A stretch of DNA of 64,000 nucleotides from Somniosus microcephalus (lineage: Eukaryota): the NCBI GenBank assembly GCA_052327205.1, contig CM126213.1:201810001-201874000 (forward strand). The letters are read 5' to 3'. A model generated the notes under the pieces. The model searched no databases and was not told where the DNA came from. It saw nothing but the letters and a program-made list of their open reading frames with translations. A program made the translations under genes and the position numbers. Below, one piece after another: positions 39,240-52,106 of the stretch. Numbering within the stretch: position 1 is the first letter of the stretch; every line of letters begins with the position of its first letter.

Positions 39240-40134
39240 TTGCTGAGGGGGAGCCCGGCGTTGCCAGGGCTGTTTTGGGGCGGGCGGTTTAAATCGAGTG
39301 CCAGGCTTTGGGGCCCTGTCTGTGTCCCTTTGTGAATCTGGTGCTGGGCAACATTTTAAATCGAGTCCCAGGCTTTAGGGCCCTGTCTGTGTCCCTTTGT
39401 GAATCTGCTGCCGGGCAACATTTCTACCTTTTAATACCTTGAAAGATGAAAGTGAAAGTACTTATAAAACATTTTTGGTAAATCTTATGTTATTTTTAAA
39501 AGAGAAACTAACTTTTTGAAAGCTGGATAAGGAGAGTAGTTTGAGCTGCAACCAGTGAAAGAATGGCTGGCAGATCCCTGAGATGAAAACGATTAGTCCC
39601 GCCCACACACACACTTAATACCTTGAAAGATGAAAGTGAAAGTACTTATAAAACGTTTTTGGTAAATCTTATATTATTTTTAAAAGAGATACTAACTTTC
39701 AAAGTAGTTTTAGCTGGAAGCTGAAGTCATGGCACTGAAACAATGGCTGCCACATCCCCGAGATGAAAACGATTAGTCCCGCCCACACACACACACACAC
39801 ACCAATTGGCCAACCATCAGGGGACCGTACTGTAGGATTGGTCAATCGTGACGGCACAGGATTGGTCGAACCTTGACGTGAGTCAATCAATGCTAGCAGA
39901 TAATGAGTTTAATTTTGAAGGTTTTTCGCATAAGGCGCGAACAATTTTCGTCCGACCGAAAAGTAAATACGCTTACCAGCGTCCCGGAAGCGTAAGCTTT
40001 CTTCAGAGGTAACGCGCGCGTAGGTACGCGGTATAACTTTCGAGCGCATAGCCGGACAGACGCACACCCGAGGACAGACAGACAGAAGGACAGACAGACA
40101 GATCGGCCGCTTTATATATATATAGATAGATAGA
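39240..40134 (-). mobile_element. Non-autonomous Helitron-like element with microsatellites and internal tandem repeats
   Basis: Minus strand starts TC(TA)n, has (CTGT)n, and ends with hairpin agccctggcaacgccgggct. It sits at an A^T site of the CR1, with ~70-bp and ~185-bp internal direct repeats. Confidence 0.6.
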
Positions 40135-40413
40135 TAGCTGAGGCCCAAGCACTGATCCTTGCGGCACCCTACTATTTACAGCCTGCCAACTGGAAAATGA
40201 CCCGTTTAACACTACTCTCTGTTTTCTGTCCGTTAACCAATCCTCTATCTGTGCTAATATACTACCCCTGACCCCTTATCTTGTGTAGCAACCTTTTATG
40301 TGGCACCTTATCGAATGCCTTTTGGAAATCGAAATATACTACGTCTACTGGTTCCCCTTTATCTACCCTGCTAGTTACATCCTCAAAAAACTAATAAATT
40401 TGTTAAACACTAT

Positions 40414-41110
40414 GGGCTAGATTTTCAGTTGCTTGCGCCAGCAGTTAGCGCCTTAAGAGAAGTGATTTTCGGGTGCTATTCGTGTAGCGCCCGGGCGCAG
40501 CGCAGTTTGCACCCCGCCCCAAATTAAGTTGCCCGTTAGCGCCGGCGCAAAGTTTAGCGGCCGCCCGGATGCGCGCGCAGAAAATGACGTCACATCCTCG
40601 TGCAACGCCCTTTGGCCGCCCCGAATCCAAACTTCAGTCGGACCGCCCCATTCTGCGGCTGGCGTCCAGAGCGTTTGTAAAATGGAACGCAACACACCCT
40701 GGGGAGCGCAAATTAAAGGGCACTCCTCCTGCACTATAAACGGCAGTCTGCATGTGTTGTGTGGAAGGATCCAGTGTGTTGTTGTGAACGGTGTATTTAT
40801 GTTTCCGGCCACCACCACCACCTCCTCCTCCTCCTCCTCCTCCTCAAAAAACACATGCACCCTTCCCCTTTAAGAGCTCACTGGCACCAGAGTGTCTGCC
40901 GTGCACTGCGCCCGAGCTCGGGCGCTGCGCTCTGCACCGCCGGCTTAGCGCCTAAAGATAGTAGTGGAACGCCCCTTTTAGCGCTCCACCAACCTCTTAG
41001 GGCGAAGCCACTGAATTTCCGGCAACGGGGCGCTACTTTGGGGCGGGCGCTAACTTCGGGCGGGCGCTAAGGTTAGCGCGCCAAAACTGTCTATACTGAA
41101 AATCTAGCCC
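40414..41110. mobile_element. GC-rich Harbinger-type MITE
   Basis: Perfect TIR gggctagattttcagt / actgaaaatctagccc; interrupts the CR1. Confidence 0.8.
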
Positions 41111-41955
41111 TCATTCCCTTTCATAAAATCATGCTGACTCTGCCTAATCATATTATGATTTTCAAAGTGCCCTGTTACCACTTCCTTAATAATGGATTCT
41201 AGCATTTTCCCTACTACTGATGTCAAGCTAACTGGCCTACAGTTCCCTGTTTTCTCTCTCCCTCCTTTCTTTGTGTTCCCTTGCTCTAATTTCAAATTTA
41301 ATTTAAGGTAGTGTTGCAGATTTACCTTTTCCATTACCTTAATTATTTTGTATACCTCTATAAGATCACACCTTGCTGATGTCTCCTTTCAAGTCCAAAA
41401 AAACATTTCTCCACCCTTTCCTCATATCAAAGATACCAGGGAACACCTTCCAATGCTTGAACTATTTCTGGTTTCTTGGTGACCAGAACTTTATTTGTTC
41501 TTAATCTGTGTGATGCTGGCAAGGCTGCACTTATTGCCCATCCCTAGTTGCCTGCAAAGGCAATGGGCCTTCTCCTTGAACTGCTGCAGTCCTTGCACTG
41601 ATGTTACCCCACAATGACGTTCGGTAGGGAACTACAGGATAGCGACTCAGTGACAGTGATATGACCAAGTCAGGATATTGTATCATTTGGAGGTGATGGA
41701 ATTCGCACATTATTTCTGTTCTTGTGCTCCTGTACAGTGGTCTGGTCAGTCTGCACATTGAGTACTGGAGAGAGTGGGATAAATCTGCAAAAGGGCTGAT
41801 AAAAATTACCTTTATGGCTACAAAAATGTGGATAAAATCTTTTGAGCCTTTTTCAAGGCTTGAAATGGCACATCAGTTTTCAGCCTTTGAAAAGGCTGTA
41901 TGACGAGTTGGGGGTGAGAACTAATGTGCAAGATTGACATGACAGAAAACATAAT

Positions 41956-42839
41956 GGCCCGGATTTTGCATTAGGAATAATGGTGAAGCCATCAGCGCTC
42001 ACCGTTATTATGGAGTAAATCGGACAGCAACTTCCAGCGTTAGCACGTGTGGTAAAACACAGAAATCAGGCAGTTGCTGTCCGATTTACCCTGCTCCTCC
42101 ACAAGCTTCGCTACGCTGGTACCTCACCGATCATTTCAGCATTAAAACACATGAAGGTCATGAAGTTGCGGTACTTACCCACTAGATACCCACTAACCAC
42201 GCCAGAAAAAGTTAGAGTTTGTCCATTTTCCCACAGTACAACAGTGACTACACTCCAAAAGTACTTAATTGGCTGTAAAGTGCTTTGAGACGTCCGGTGG
42301 TCATGAAAGGTGCTATATAAATGTAAGTCTTTCTTTCTTTCAAGTGTAAGTGAATTTTTAACGGCATGATAAATCTTAATTACTACCAAACATCTCTGGC
42401 ACTAAAAATTTACTTTTACAAGTGTGGAGTCTCATTCTTTCAGATTTTAATTATTGTTGGAGATTTAAAACAACATTTTAAATTAAAAAAAAAAACTTTT
42501 TCTTTCTATCTCTTTTATCTGTCTCTCTTAATTTCATCTTTATTTCCATCTCTTTATTTTGCTTTCTGTACATGATTTTACATTGAATTACTTATTTTAA
42601 CTGATACTTCCTGGTTGAGACTCTGCGTGCCTCAGTGAGGCTTCTTCAATCTGATTGGTTGAAGAGACACGCTGTTACTTGTCCTGCTCACACAAGTCCC
42701 AGATCCCCTGTAGAAGGCACTGCATTGAAATGGATTTCTAATTACTGTAAGTTGCAAGCCCACTAAATGTCTGTGGGTAGCTGTAAGCGTAATGAACGGA
42801 GAGTGCCGTTTGTTCGCCGCTGATTGCAAAATCCGGGCC
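41956..42839. mobile_element. Harbinger-type MITE containing a SINE tail (~42224-42340)
   Basis: Perfect 15-bp TIR ggcccggattttgca / tgcaaaatccgggcc and AAT TSD. Confidence 0.82.
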
Positions 42840-43323
42840 AATATGGAAGTATAAAACAGAGACTGTGGTAAAATAGCAGAGTGGATTGTGGTTTACTAGG
42901 AGTTTGCCCTGTTTAGCACTCCAGGGTACTCTCCACTGAGAATTGCAGTACACACTTTCTACAGTATAGCAGGTCCTGGAAACAGATGTGGGAGAAGGCA
43001 GATGCTTACGGAATTTTACACAGCAAGGAGAACCAACAGTACAATCTACCAGGTACTTGGCACATATCAGAAATATCAACCTCTTCCACTCTTATTCCTT
43101 CCTCCTGCAAAACACTTGCTTCTCATAGATACCTATACTTTATCTTTTGCTGGTCAGTCTTCTGATTGTGAATGGCTCTAGGCTTGATGCGAGTTTCCCC
43201 TTGCTAGGCCAAGCTTTGTTCTCAAACCTAACTTGCTGACTGCCTGTCTATGTGTCACTTTGTCCAAATCTCACCACCCCCCCATATTCCCAGCAAGTCC
43301 TTTTGACTTTTTACCCACTCGGC

Positions 43324-45080
43324 AGCTGCGATTTCACCTATCAAGGCGGGTCCGTTGCGGCCAGGGTTGGTGGCGGGTTGTGACACCGGTGCTGGCTCCA
43401 GCCCGCTCTGTGAAATGAATTTTACGATGATTGGGTTTGTTAAGCCTGCCCAGCGCATTTCTTGGCCAATTGAAGGAAGCGGATCTGATGACGTCACTTG
43501 ATGACGCGTCATCAACCAGGTTCCTCAAAGGGACCATGCGTAAATTGATTTTGACAGTTCTGCTGTCAGTGTTTTACAGCATTGAGGTGCTGCAAACACT
43601 AACAAGCACTGCACAGAGGTGCACGGCTGCACCCAGGCCCTCCCATGACTCAAATGCTCTCCCATAAGCATATGGAGGGAGTCACAGCATGCTAGGGAGG
43701 TCTCTTTCCATCCCATGGGTGGAAGAGACCTCCCTAGGAGATCAACACAGCCTGGTTGCACATTGCACAGGCGGACACGAGCAGGGATGTGGTCAGGAGG
43801 ACCAGGCTGCAGTGGCGCAAACCTTTCAATGATCTCAGTAGATCACGAAACATTACTGCAAAGCTACACTCAACCTCACCCTGCTGTGCCACCCATCACA
43901 TCCCCATCACTCTGCCTTCCCTACCCTAGTCCTGCACATCCTTACTCACACCAACTTACCTTGCACTTCCACCCATCCCTCTCTATCTACATTATCACTT
44001 CTCCATCTCACTAGCCACCCCTCACACTCACCCTCATCCTAGTCCAATCATACCAACTAACAACACCCAAGGGGAGGCACTTGGGTGTTTTAGCCATTGT
44101 TCATGTGAAGTTTCTGTTAATGTGCTGTCAAAGATTTAAATCTTTATTTTCAACACTTGTCTTCTTGTACAAATTTGTGTGCACCTTTGGAAGTGGCTTG
44201 GTGAGTTGTAGTGAATGGTGAGACATAACGTTCCCCACCGCCCCCACAATGGTGAGGAGCATAAAAGGAATGGCTTGGACATTGTAGGGATGCTTTATGG
44301 TGCTGGTGTGGAGTGGTGCCAACTTGGTGCATCATGTGGCAGCCAGGGTGTACAGTGTTAAGTGAAGCTAATCTGGACATGGTGAGTCCATCACTGGTGT
44401 CCCGAGCAACAATGTGCATGGGTGATGATGCCCCGTGTCCAGTGCAGCATCAGTTGAATGAGAAGGTTGGTGTTGATGCTCTGGTGCACCCGGTGATGCT
44501 GGTGTTGGGGCTGATCGTTTTGGGACTCTGAGGACCAAGGTGAGATGTTCTCAAGGGCACCGATGCTGATGGAATAGATGGCAGATGAGGTTGAGATAAC
44601 AGAAGTAATGTCAATGTTGAGATAGGTTGATCCAAGGAGGTGACAGTGGATAGAGAGATTACTCCAAACACTTCAAAAGTGCATAAAGCTCAAAAGTGGG
44701 TTCTAAACACTGAAGGGTGAAGCTTCCGAGATTGGAAACTGACCAGCTGTAAAATGGCAGGTTTTAAACCACTTTTGCAGCTGTCACCTACTGAAAGAAA
44801 TGAAGAGTTGTTCAGAACCCGACATACTTATCTGGCGTGATCCCCAAGCAACGGGAACCTTGTGGAAAACTTGGCAAAATGCTTTGAACTGGAAAAATGG
44901 GGATTTAATTACTTTAAACACCCTCCTAACAAGCACAATTGAATAACCTGCCGCTTCATGCCGTGTCTGCAAAGTGCAGATATAAAAGGCACTTGGGAAA
45001 CTGAGAAGGAGGCGGGATCTTTTTGATCGACAGCAGACCCGCCTCCAAACCCACCCTCTGAACACCGGCAAAATCAGCCC
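43324..45080 (-). mobile_element. Non-autonomous Harbinger (same family as 11109, opposite orientation) with Myb/SANT remnant
   Basis: Plus strand reads AAPRPSHDS ... AWLHIAQADTSRDVVRRTRLQWRKPFNDL, a Harbinger Myb/SANT-like helix-3 motif; ends aaaatcagccc. Confidence 0.75.
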
Positions 45081-45359
45081 AGTGATTCACCAGCAGGTCC
45101 GTCAGTAAAGCCAGCTACCTCCTTCCCCTTTTGGTTGTGGGTTTAAAGAAACCATCTCCTGCTACTCAAAATAAATAGGGACCATTTTGGCTTAATGGGC
45201 CTGCGATGAAACAATCAACACTCATTGTCTCAGTTTGAAATAGATTATAATCTGTAACATTCCACAAACCAGATCACCTGGCAGCTTTAATGCATATTTT
45301 CAATGCCTGGTCCATTAACAAATGAACCTTTTCTCTAAATGGCTTCACAGAATTACATA

Positions 45360-47664
45360 GGGCTTGATTTGAATAGCCCCGAGGCGGCAGGTTTGGAGGC
45401 GGGTTGGCAGCGAAAATCGGAAAAAATGGTTTGAGACTGCCAACCCGTCTCCATCCCGCCCCCACGTGATTTTTGTCAGTGTCGGGTTAGCCGCTCCTAT
45501 ACTGACCCGACGGGAACTGGTGGGACAGGTAGTTAAGGCAGTTGAGAGCCTGTTAACTGCCTTGCTAATCCTATTTTTAGAGTGGTTTCCCAATTTTCGT
45601 GCTTCTGGCTCCTGTTTCCCGTCTTGTCAGAAACAGGCCAGCTGCAAGGAGAGGAGTTTCTCGAGGATATGATTTGTAGTCATTGGTGCAGCACTTTAAA
45701 AGCACTCCTGTAACATGGCTGACATTCAAATTCAACAACTTTGTTGTTGGAGGTTTAGGATAAGATTTTGCAAATCTGCTGACCTTGTGACTGTTCAAGC
45801 TGACACCCATCTGCAGTGTTACCTGATTGGAATAATTTTTGGTCACTTTTGAGTGTGCGCTTGCAAACTTCTTGCTTCAACTGAAATCTATAGCAATGGG
45901 ATGGGAACCATTTACATCCTCCGAACCTGATGACCAGGATGAGAGGAAGAACAGCCGCGGCATCAACACAACCAGCCACAACAGCAGCACCAACATGCCA
46001 ACCTCCTCCTCACCCACCTGATGCTGCACTGGACACAGGGGGCTGGATTTTACCAGCCCCGAGGAGGCGGGTTTGGAGGCAGGTCTGCTGGGAAAATGGG
46101 AAGCGGGTCCCAGCCCATCTGCTGGCAGCGGGAAGGGGATTAGAGCCAATTAACAGGTAGTTAAGAGGCAGTTAAGAGGCTTTGCCCCATTTGCCGCCTG
46201 CTGATGTGGCCTTCCTGATGGCGGGAAACCCCGCCAGGGTCAGCGAGGCGATCTGTTTGTCCTGCTGCAGTGTAAGTGTGCAAATGACAGCTGCAGAGGT
46301 AGTGTGATGGGCATGATGGTGCACAGGCAAGTATGACAGGTGAGAGAATGTAGTGAGAAATATTTTTATTCTGTTTAAATGTATCTGCAGGTGACAAGAT
46401 TTGATGTTTCTGTGAAGCCTCACCTGATTGGGAGAATTGACAGATGGCTTTTGCAATCTCACATGCAGCTGCCATCTGTTTTCTCCGAAGGAGAGAGTCG
46501 TTGGTGAGCCTGGGTGCAAGGGCTCACCTTTGGACAGTGATTGTCAGTGTTTCACAGCACCTCAATGCTGTCAAACACAATTCATCTTAAAATTTATGGG
46601 GCCTGTCCCTTTAACAAAACAGTTAGATGAAGCGTCATGCACTGACATCATCTGACACCGACTTTCCCTTAATAGGGTGGGCTTAACAAGGCCAATCAGG
46701 GGAAAATAGTGTTTGTTCGTCAGACGTCGCTGGAGGCGGGACTAGAACCCGGAAACCAGCAGTCCCGCTCCCAATGTGCCTCCTCAGGTAAGATCGCGGC
46801 CAGCGCATCAGCCCCTGATAAAATTGCTTGCCGGGAGGCCAGCGATGGCATCACCGTGGCCAGATTTTCTTCGCTTGATGCTGTAAACCCTGGCTGCCAC
46901 ATGATGCACCAGGTTGACACCGTGAAGCATCCCTTTAATGTCCAAGCCATTCTATACATACACATCACTATAGCGGGGGGGAGGGGGGATGGAGCTATGA
47001 CTGAACAATCACTGGAACTAAGTAAGACACTTCTCAATGTGTGCTCAGATCTATCCAATAAGGGGCATTTTTGGAAAAAGATATTACACTGTATGACAAC
47101 ACATTACCAGGAACTTCACATGGACATTGGCTAAACCTCTCAATTGCCTACCCTTGTGTGTTGTTAGTTGGTATGCTTGCAGTAGGATGAGGATGAGTGC
47201 GAGGGGTGGCTAGTGAGATGGAGAAGTGATAAAGTAGATAGAGAGAGTTGGGTGGAGGTTCAAGGTAAGTTGGTGTCCTGGGGAGGTCTCTTCTGCACTG
47301 GAAGGGAAGAGAACCTCCCTGCGTGCTGTGACTCCCTCCATAAGCCTATGGAGGGAGTCATTGGAGAGCCTGGGTGCACGTATTCACATTTGTGCAGTGA
47401 TCGTCAGTGTTTGCAGCACCTCAATGCTGTCAAACACTGACAGATCAACTGTCAAAATAAAATTGTGCATGGTCCCTTTAAGGAAACCGGAAGATGACGC
47501 CTCAGCAAATGACGTCATCAGACCCGCTTCCTGTTAATTGGCCGGGCAGGGCGGGCTTAACAAGGCCAATCAAGGGTAAATCACATCTGCAGTGCGGAGG
47601 CAGCTGGGGGCGGGACCAGACCCCAGAAACCAGCTGACCCGCCACCATAATTAAATTTGCAGCC
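45360..47664 (+). mobile_element. Non-autonomous Harbinger with a related copy nested inside
   Basis: gggcttgattt...aaatttgcagcc with flanks ata/gta; internal sequence collinear with 11109-13121 apart from the insert. Confidence 0.7.
46040..46801 (+). mobile_element. Nested Harbinger-type element
   Basis: gggctggatttt...aagatcgcggcc; repeats the host's own 5' end (agccccgagg.ggc.ggtttggaggc); host sequence ggacacag|..gcatc resumes afterwards. Confidence 0.68.
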
Positions 47665-47860
47665 GTAGAATTTACAGCACAAAAAAACAGGCCATTTGGC
47701 CCAACAGGTTTATACCGGTGTTTGTACTCCACACGAGCCACTTCCCACCGTACTTCATTTCACCCTATCAACATATCCTTCTATTCCTTTCTCCCTCATG
47801 TACTTATCTAGCTTTCCCTTAAATACATATATGCTGTTCACCTCAACCACTCCCTGTGGT
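47665..47860 (-). mobile_element. CR1 3' tail fragment
   Basis: tagaatttacagcac...aggccatttggcccaac, typical CR1 tail on the minus strand. Confidence 0.7.
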
Positions 47861-49199
47861 AGGTTTCAGCTTTTGGTTAAACCTGTACTAAATCATTGTT
47901 TAAAATACAAACAGGGAAAGATAATTAATTCCTAGATCCTTTCTGTGATAGTCAAATATGGAAAAATGTCTATCACAAACACTGCAGTATAAAAGGTATT
48001 ATAAACATCACACCAATTCCTCCAAAGGCCATATTAGAACTCTTTCAGCCACTGAGGAGGTTCCTTTGTTTCCATTTTAAATAGGCTCACCAAAAAGCAA
48101 ACCAACACAAATACTGCTGATCTATATATACTGTGTGTGTATTTAAATAGCTTTCTTTTAAATCTGGGGCTTTAATAAGGGTTGTTTAGGAAATGGGCAT
48201 GTTTAACAATAAAATATGAGTATGAAATTTCAGGACAAAAAGACACTGGTGCTTCCTCTGCATTAGGAGTGGTGTTTTAACATGCAAGGTTTTTGTTGTG
48301 TATGACACATACACAATTAATAGATTGGAAGCCTTGTTGCTAGATATAGGCCATTGGACTAATTAGCTTTATTTTTAGTGTTATGCATCCCTAGTACTGC
48401 CAGTCAGGTAAGGCAATTATTTATTTTGCAATGATCTACATGTGTGCAGTCAATGGTATCTCAGATCTTGCGAAATGCTTGTAATGGTGCAACATTGTCT
48501 CCATCTCTGCAATTGTTGATGAGCTCCTTTGATGAAATAGTCCAGTGGCTAAAAAGGCAGGACAGCTGTGGACAGAGGCAGAGCGCTTCTGGTAACAGAG
48601 GAGATCGTTAAAAGACCTCTGCTAGTATTTAACACAGTTCAGTATTTGTCTCCCTTGAACCTCTTGCATCAGTCCAATATAAAAGACACTCTGGCCTCGA
48701 AGAACATTCTCTTTGGGATATTGTCATTGCTAGAGAGTTCTATGACAACAGAAATTTGTAATTTCAGTCTCCAGCACACAGGTTAGCATTATTGTTTTGA
48801 CTGTTGCTCACAGGCAGGTAAATGGAATTGAGATACAGATCAGCCACAATCTCATTGAATGGTGGAACAGGCTCCTTCTGTTTATATGTTCCTATTTACA
48901 TCTCGAAGTCCTTGTTTCTTTAGATTTGGGAAAGAGGTACAGTAAAACTCCCAGCTACATTTTTATTATGTGATCGCTACGTATATTTTTACTGGGTTTT
49001 GAGCATCCTAATTCCTGACCAGTTCTAACAGTGAGCAAACATAATAAGAAACCATTTGGCATAAACTAGTGGCCATTTATGGCATGGTAGATGAGAAATA
49101 TATTTCCAATTCAGAGGACTTATCCGCAAGTCTAAAATGATCAATGGTGCGAATTGAGCACCACAATCAAGCATGAGTGCTCTATTAAGAAAGGGTGCA

Positions 49200-49772
49200 A
49201 TGTCATGTATAGAGACTTGACCAGACCCCATCTGGAGAACTGTGATCAGTTTTGGCACCACACCTCAGGAAGGATATATTGGCCTTGGAAGGGGTGCAGC
49301 GCAGATTCGTCAGAATGATACCAGGGCTTAGAGGGTTAAATTACGAGGACAGGTTGCATAAACTTAATCTTCTATACTCAAGAGAATACAAGCTAAGGGG
49401 GTGGTTTGATTGAGGTGTTTAAAATATTGGAAGGATTCGATAGGTTAGATACAGAAAAACTATTTCCTATCATGGAGGTATCAAGAATGAGGGGACATCA
49501 TCTTAAAATTAGAGCTATGCCATTTAGGAGGGAAATCAGGAAGCACTATTTTTACACATAGGAGTAGAAATCTGGAATTGTCTCTCCCAAAAGGCTGTGG
49601 ATGCTGGGAAAAGTGGATATTTCAGGACTGAGATTAATAGATTTTTGTTGAGTAAGGGTATCAAGGAATATGGAGGGTAAATGGAGTTAAGGTATAGATC
49701 AGCCATTATCTAATTGAATGGTGGCACAAGCTCAAGGGGCTGAATGGCCTCCTGTGTTCCTATGTTCTTATG
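49200..49772 (+). mobile_element. CR1 3' fragment
   Basis: RPHLENC, RKDILALEGVQRRF and tail ctatgttcttatg. Confidence 0.8.
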
Positions 49773-50031
49773 GGGTTAAAGTCATCAGAAAGAAATATTT
49801 CTATTTTTATGGTGCTGTAATTTTTTCTCTAACAACTTCTATTAAGATAAAGAAATATATATTTTGCCTCATATTAGTGATGGCCACAGCCTGCACATGT
49901 AGCTACTAGGGATTTGGCATATTGAGTGCTAGGGTAAAATAACGATTGAATTAAACAAAAATTAAAAGTAATCATAAGTGGGAAACCAAACATAAACTTG
50001 TAGCTTCAAAGTACAGGTGTGAAATCATATA

Positions 50032-50655
50032 GGCCGCGATTTTGCTGACCTCAGCAGATTCGTGGTGGGCAAAGTCGGTGGCAGGTCCCGACCCCGCTGC
50101 TGGCTCCAACCCACTGTCTGAAATGAATTTACCTTGATTGGGCTTGTTAATCCCGCCCAGCGCGTTTCTCAGCCAATTAGAGGAAGCGGATCAGGTGACG
50201 TCATTTGATAATGCGTCAGCCGGTTTTCTTAAAGGGACCATGGTCAAATTTATTTTGACATTTGTGCTGTTGGTGTTCTACAGCATTGAGTTGCTACAAA
50301 CACTGACAATCACTGCACAAAGGCACAGGGCTGCACCCAGGCTCTCCCATGACTCCCTGCTTATGCTTTTGGAGGGAGTCACAGCACGCAGGGAGGTCCT
50401 CTTCCCTTCCCATGGGCAGAAGAGGCCTCCCCAGGAAATCAACACAGCCTGGTTGCACATAGCAATGATCTCTAAACAAGGTCATAATTTCCTGAATTGG
50501 GTCACCTGCCGCTGTGTGTCGTGTCTGCTTAGTGCTGATAGACCCAACATCGGGGAAAGGCACGTGGCAGCGGGGTCCCGACCCGCTGGGGGGGGAAAAA
50601 AACACCCAACCCACCACCAATCGTGCCCGCTGACCCCCCCCGGAAAATCTCATCC
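50032..50655 (-). mobile_element. Short non-autonomous Harbinger retaining Myb/SANT N-terminal coding sequence
   Basis: ggccgcgatttt...aaaatctcatcc with flanks ata/aca; ORF 50138-50719 contains RAAPRLSHDSLLMLLEGVTARREVLFP...AWLHIA. Confidence 0.75.
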
Positions 50656-51117
50656 ACAAATTCTACTGAACAAGAATCATTTAAACTCTCTCTTGCGAGA
50701 CTTATTCAGATCAAAGTAGAAACATGTTTTTAATGGAACTATAATCATAGAAAGCATAATAACCCTAATACAACCTTAGTGCCAGCACAAATTGACCTGA
50801 ACATAGCTCAGAAGGTTCAATTGGGCACAAATTCCACCACTGAATTTGGTTTGGAAATAAAGGCAGGGAGATGGGGGAAGTGATTCTGTGGGGAGCAATT
50901 GATAATGAATAAATGCAGACAGTAGGTTAAGTGGTGTTTAAAACACGAACCATAAATTAAGAATTGAACAAATAACTGGAAACATACTCTACAAATTCTG
51001 ACATTTGGAAAGCGAAACAGAAATGAATTGTATAATGAATCTATTTAATTTCAGGTTGCCATGTCTATAGGGAAAAATAATAAAGATGTCTGTAAAATTT
51101 GAATGTAATGTATTCAC

Positions 51118-51244
51118 CTGTATGTTTTCTTCTTGATCACCCATACAATTATCCCAATGATGATCGCAAGAATAGCAAGAACTGCAATCACTATGCCTGC
51201 TATGGCACCACCAGATAATTTGTTTTTATCAGGTTTAGGTTGTT
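51118..51244 (-). CDS. CEACAM-like receptor, transmembrane exon
   Basis: Strong acceptor ttttttttccag|, donor |gtgaat, 127 bp, phase 1-2. Translates (E)QPKPDKNKLSGGAIAGIVIAVLAILAIIIGIIVWVIKKKTY. LSxGAIAGIVI matches the CEACAM1 TM start; basic stop-transfer KKK follows. Confidence 0.9.
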
Positions 51245-52106
51245 CTGGAAAAAAAAGAAAATAATGAACATAATGACCATACAGTAGAGTATCAAAATGT
51301 AATGCAAAATATATTGAATTTTGTTCTTCAATTTTATTGCTTCCATTTCAAGAGATATAAAGAATGATTGATTGAATCCTACATAGCTAAATGATGGGAT
51401 CAACTCATTATTAAATAACTTTGCAAAACAGAATCAATATGAGTAGGCTCTGCAGCTTTTATTTGCACCATTGAGGCAGACACACATGACCCAACAGCAG
51501 AAGTCACATCTAACTGATTTGGGGATTCATATAAGGTAAGTGTCACAACATATGGCACCAAAAGGGGACATGATAGGAAATACTGTAAAGTGAAAATCAC
51601 CACAAAGAAAAAATATGAAGAATGGGGGAGGGGAGCACACATCAATTATCTTACTGCTCTTTTTTTAAAAAAAGTATGGCTGGCTATTGCTGTGCCTTTT
51701 GATTGGACAATCATGAATGAAGAGCATCTAGGAGAGTTTTTGCTGTTCAAAATACTCCCATTTCTGTACAAGGAGGAATGTTGATGAAGATCTCCCTTGC
51801 TGAGGCTGCGATATTAATGTCCCTGACTGCCTAGAGTGAAAATAGTGGAAAGCAGTATTTCAAAGCTGCCCGGGAAACCATGATGCATGTTAAGAAATTT
51901 GCATTTTTTTGGCTGGAATTATTGAGTTCCTGGTTGCCTGGTCTCTAACAGTCCTCTAGCTGGTTTGATGTTGTTCTCTGCTGTTTTTAAATTGAGCTGT
52001 TCCAGTGTGAGGACACTTCCCATGAGTGACCACCAGAATACTTAACAATGGAAATTAAAAAAAATTAAAAAAATCGGGTAATTTTGTTTAACAGGCGACT
52101 GATCCA

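Larger units (their letters stand above)
38330..41272 (-). mobile_element. CR1 RT/3' portion split by two DNA-element insertions
   Basis: Segments 38330-39239, 40135-40413 and 41111-41272 rejoin as contiguous CR1 RT (NCRPVSLTSVVGK...VPQGSVLGPQ...ANGMLAFIARG). Confidence 0.85.
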
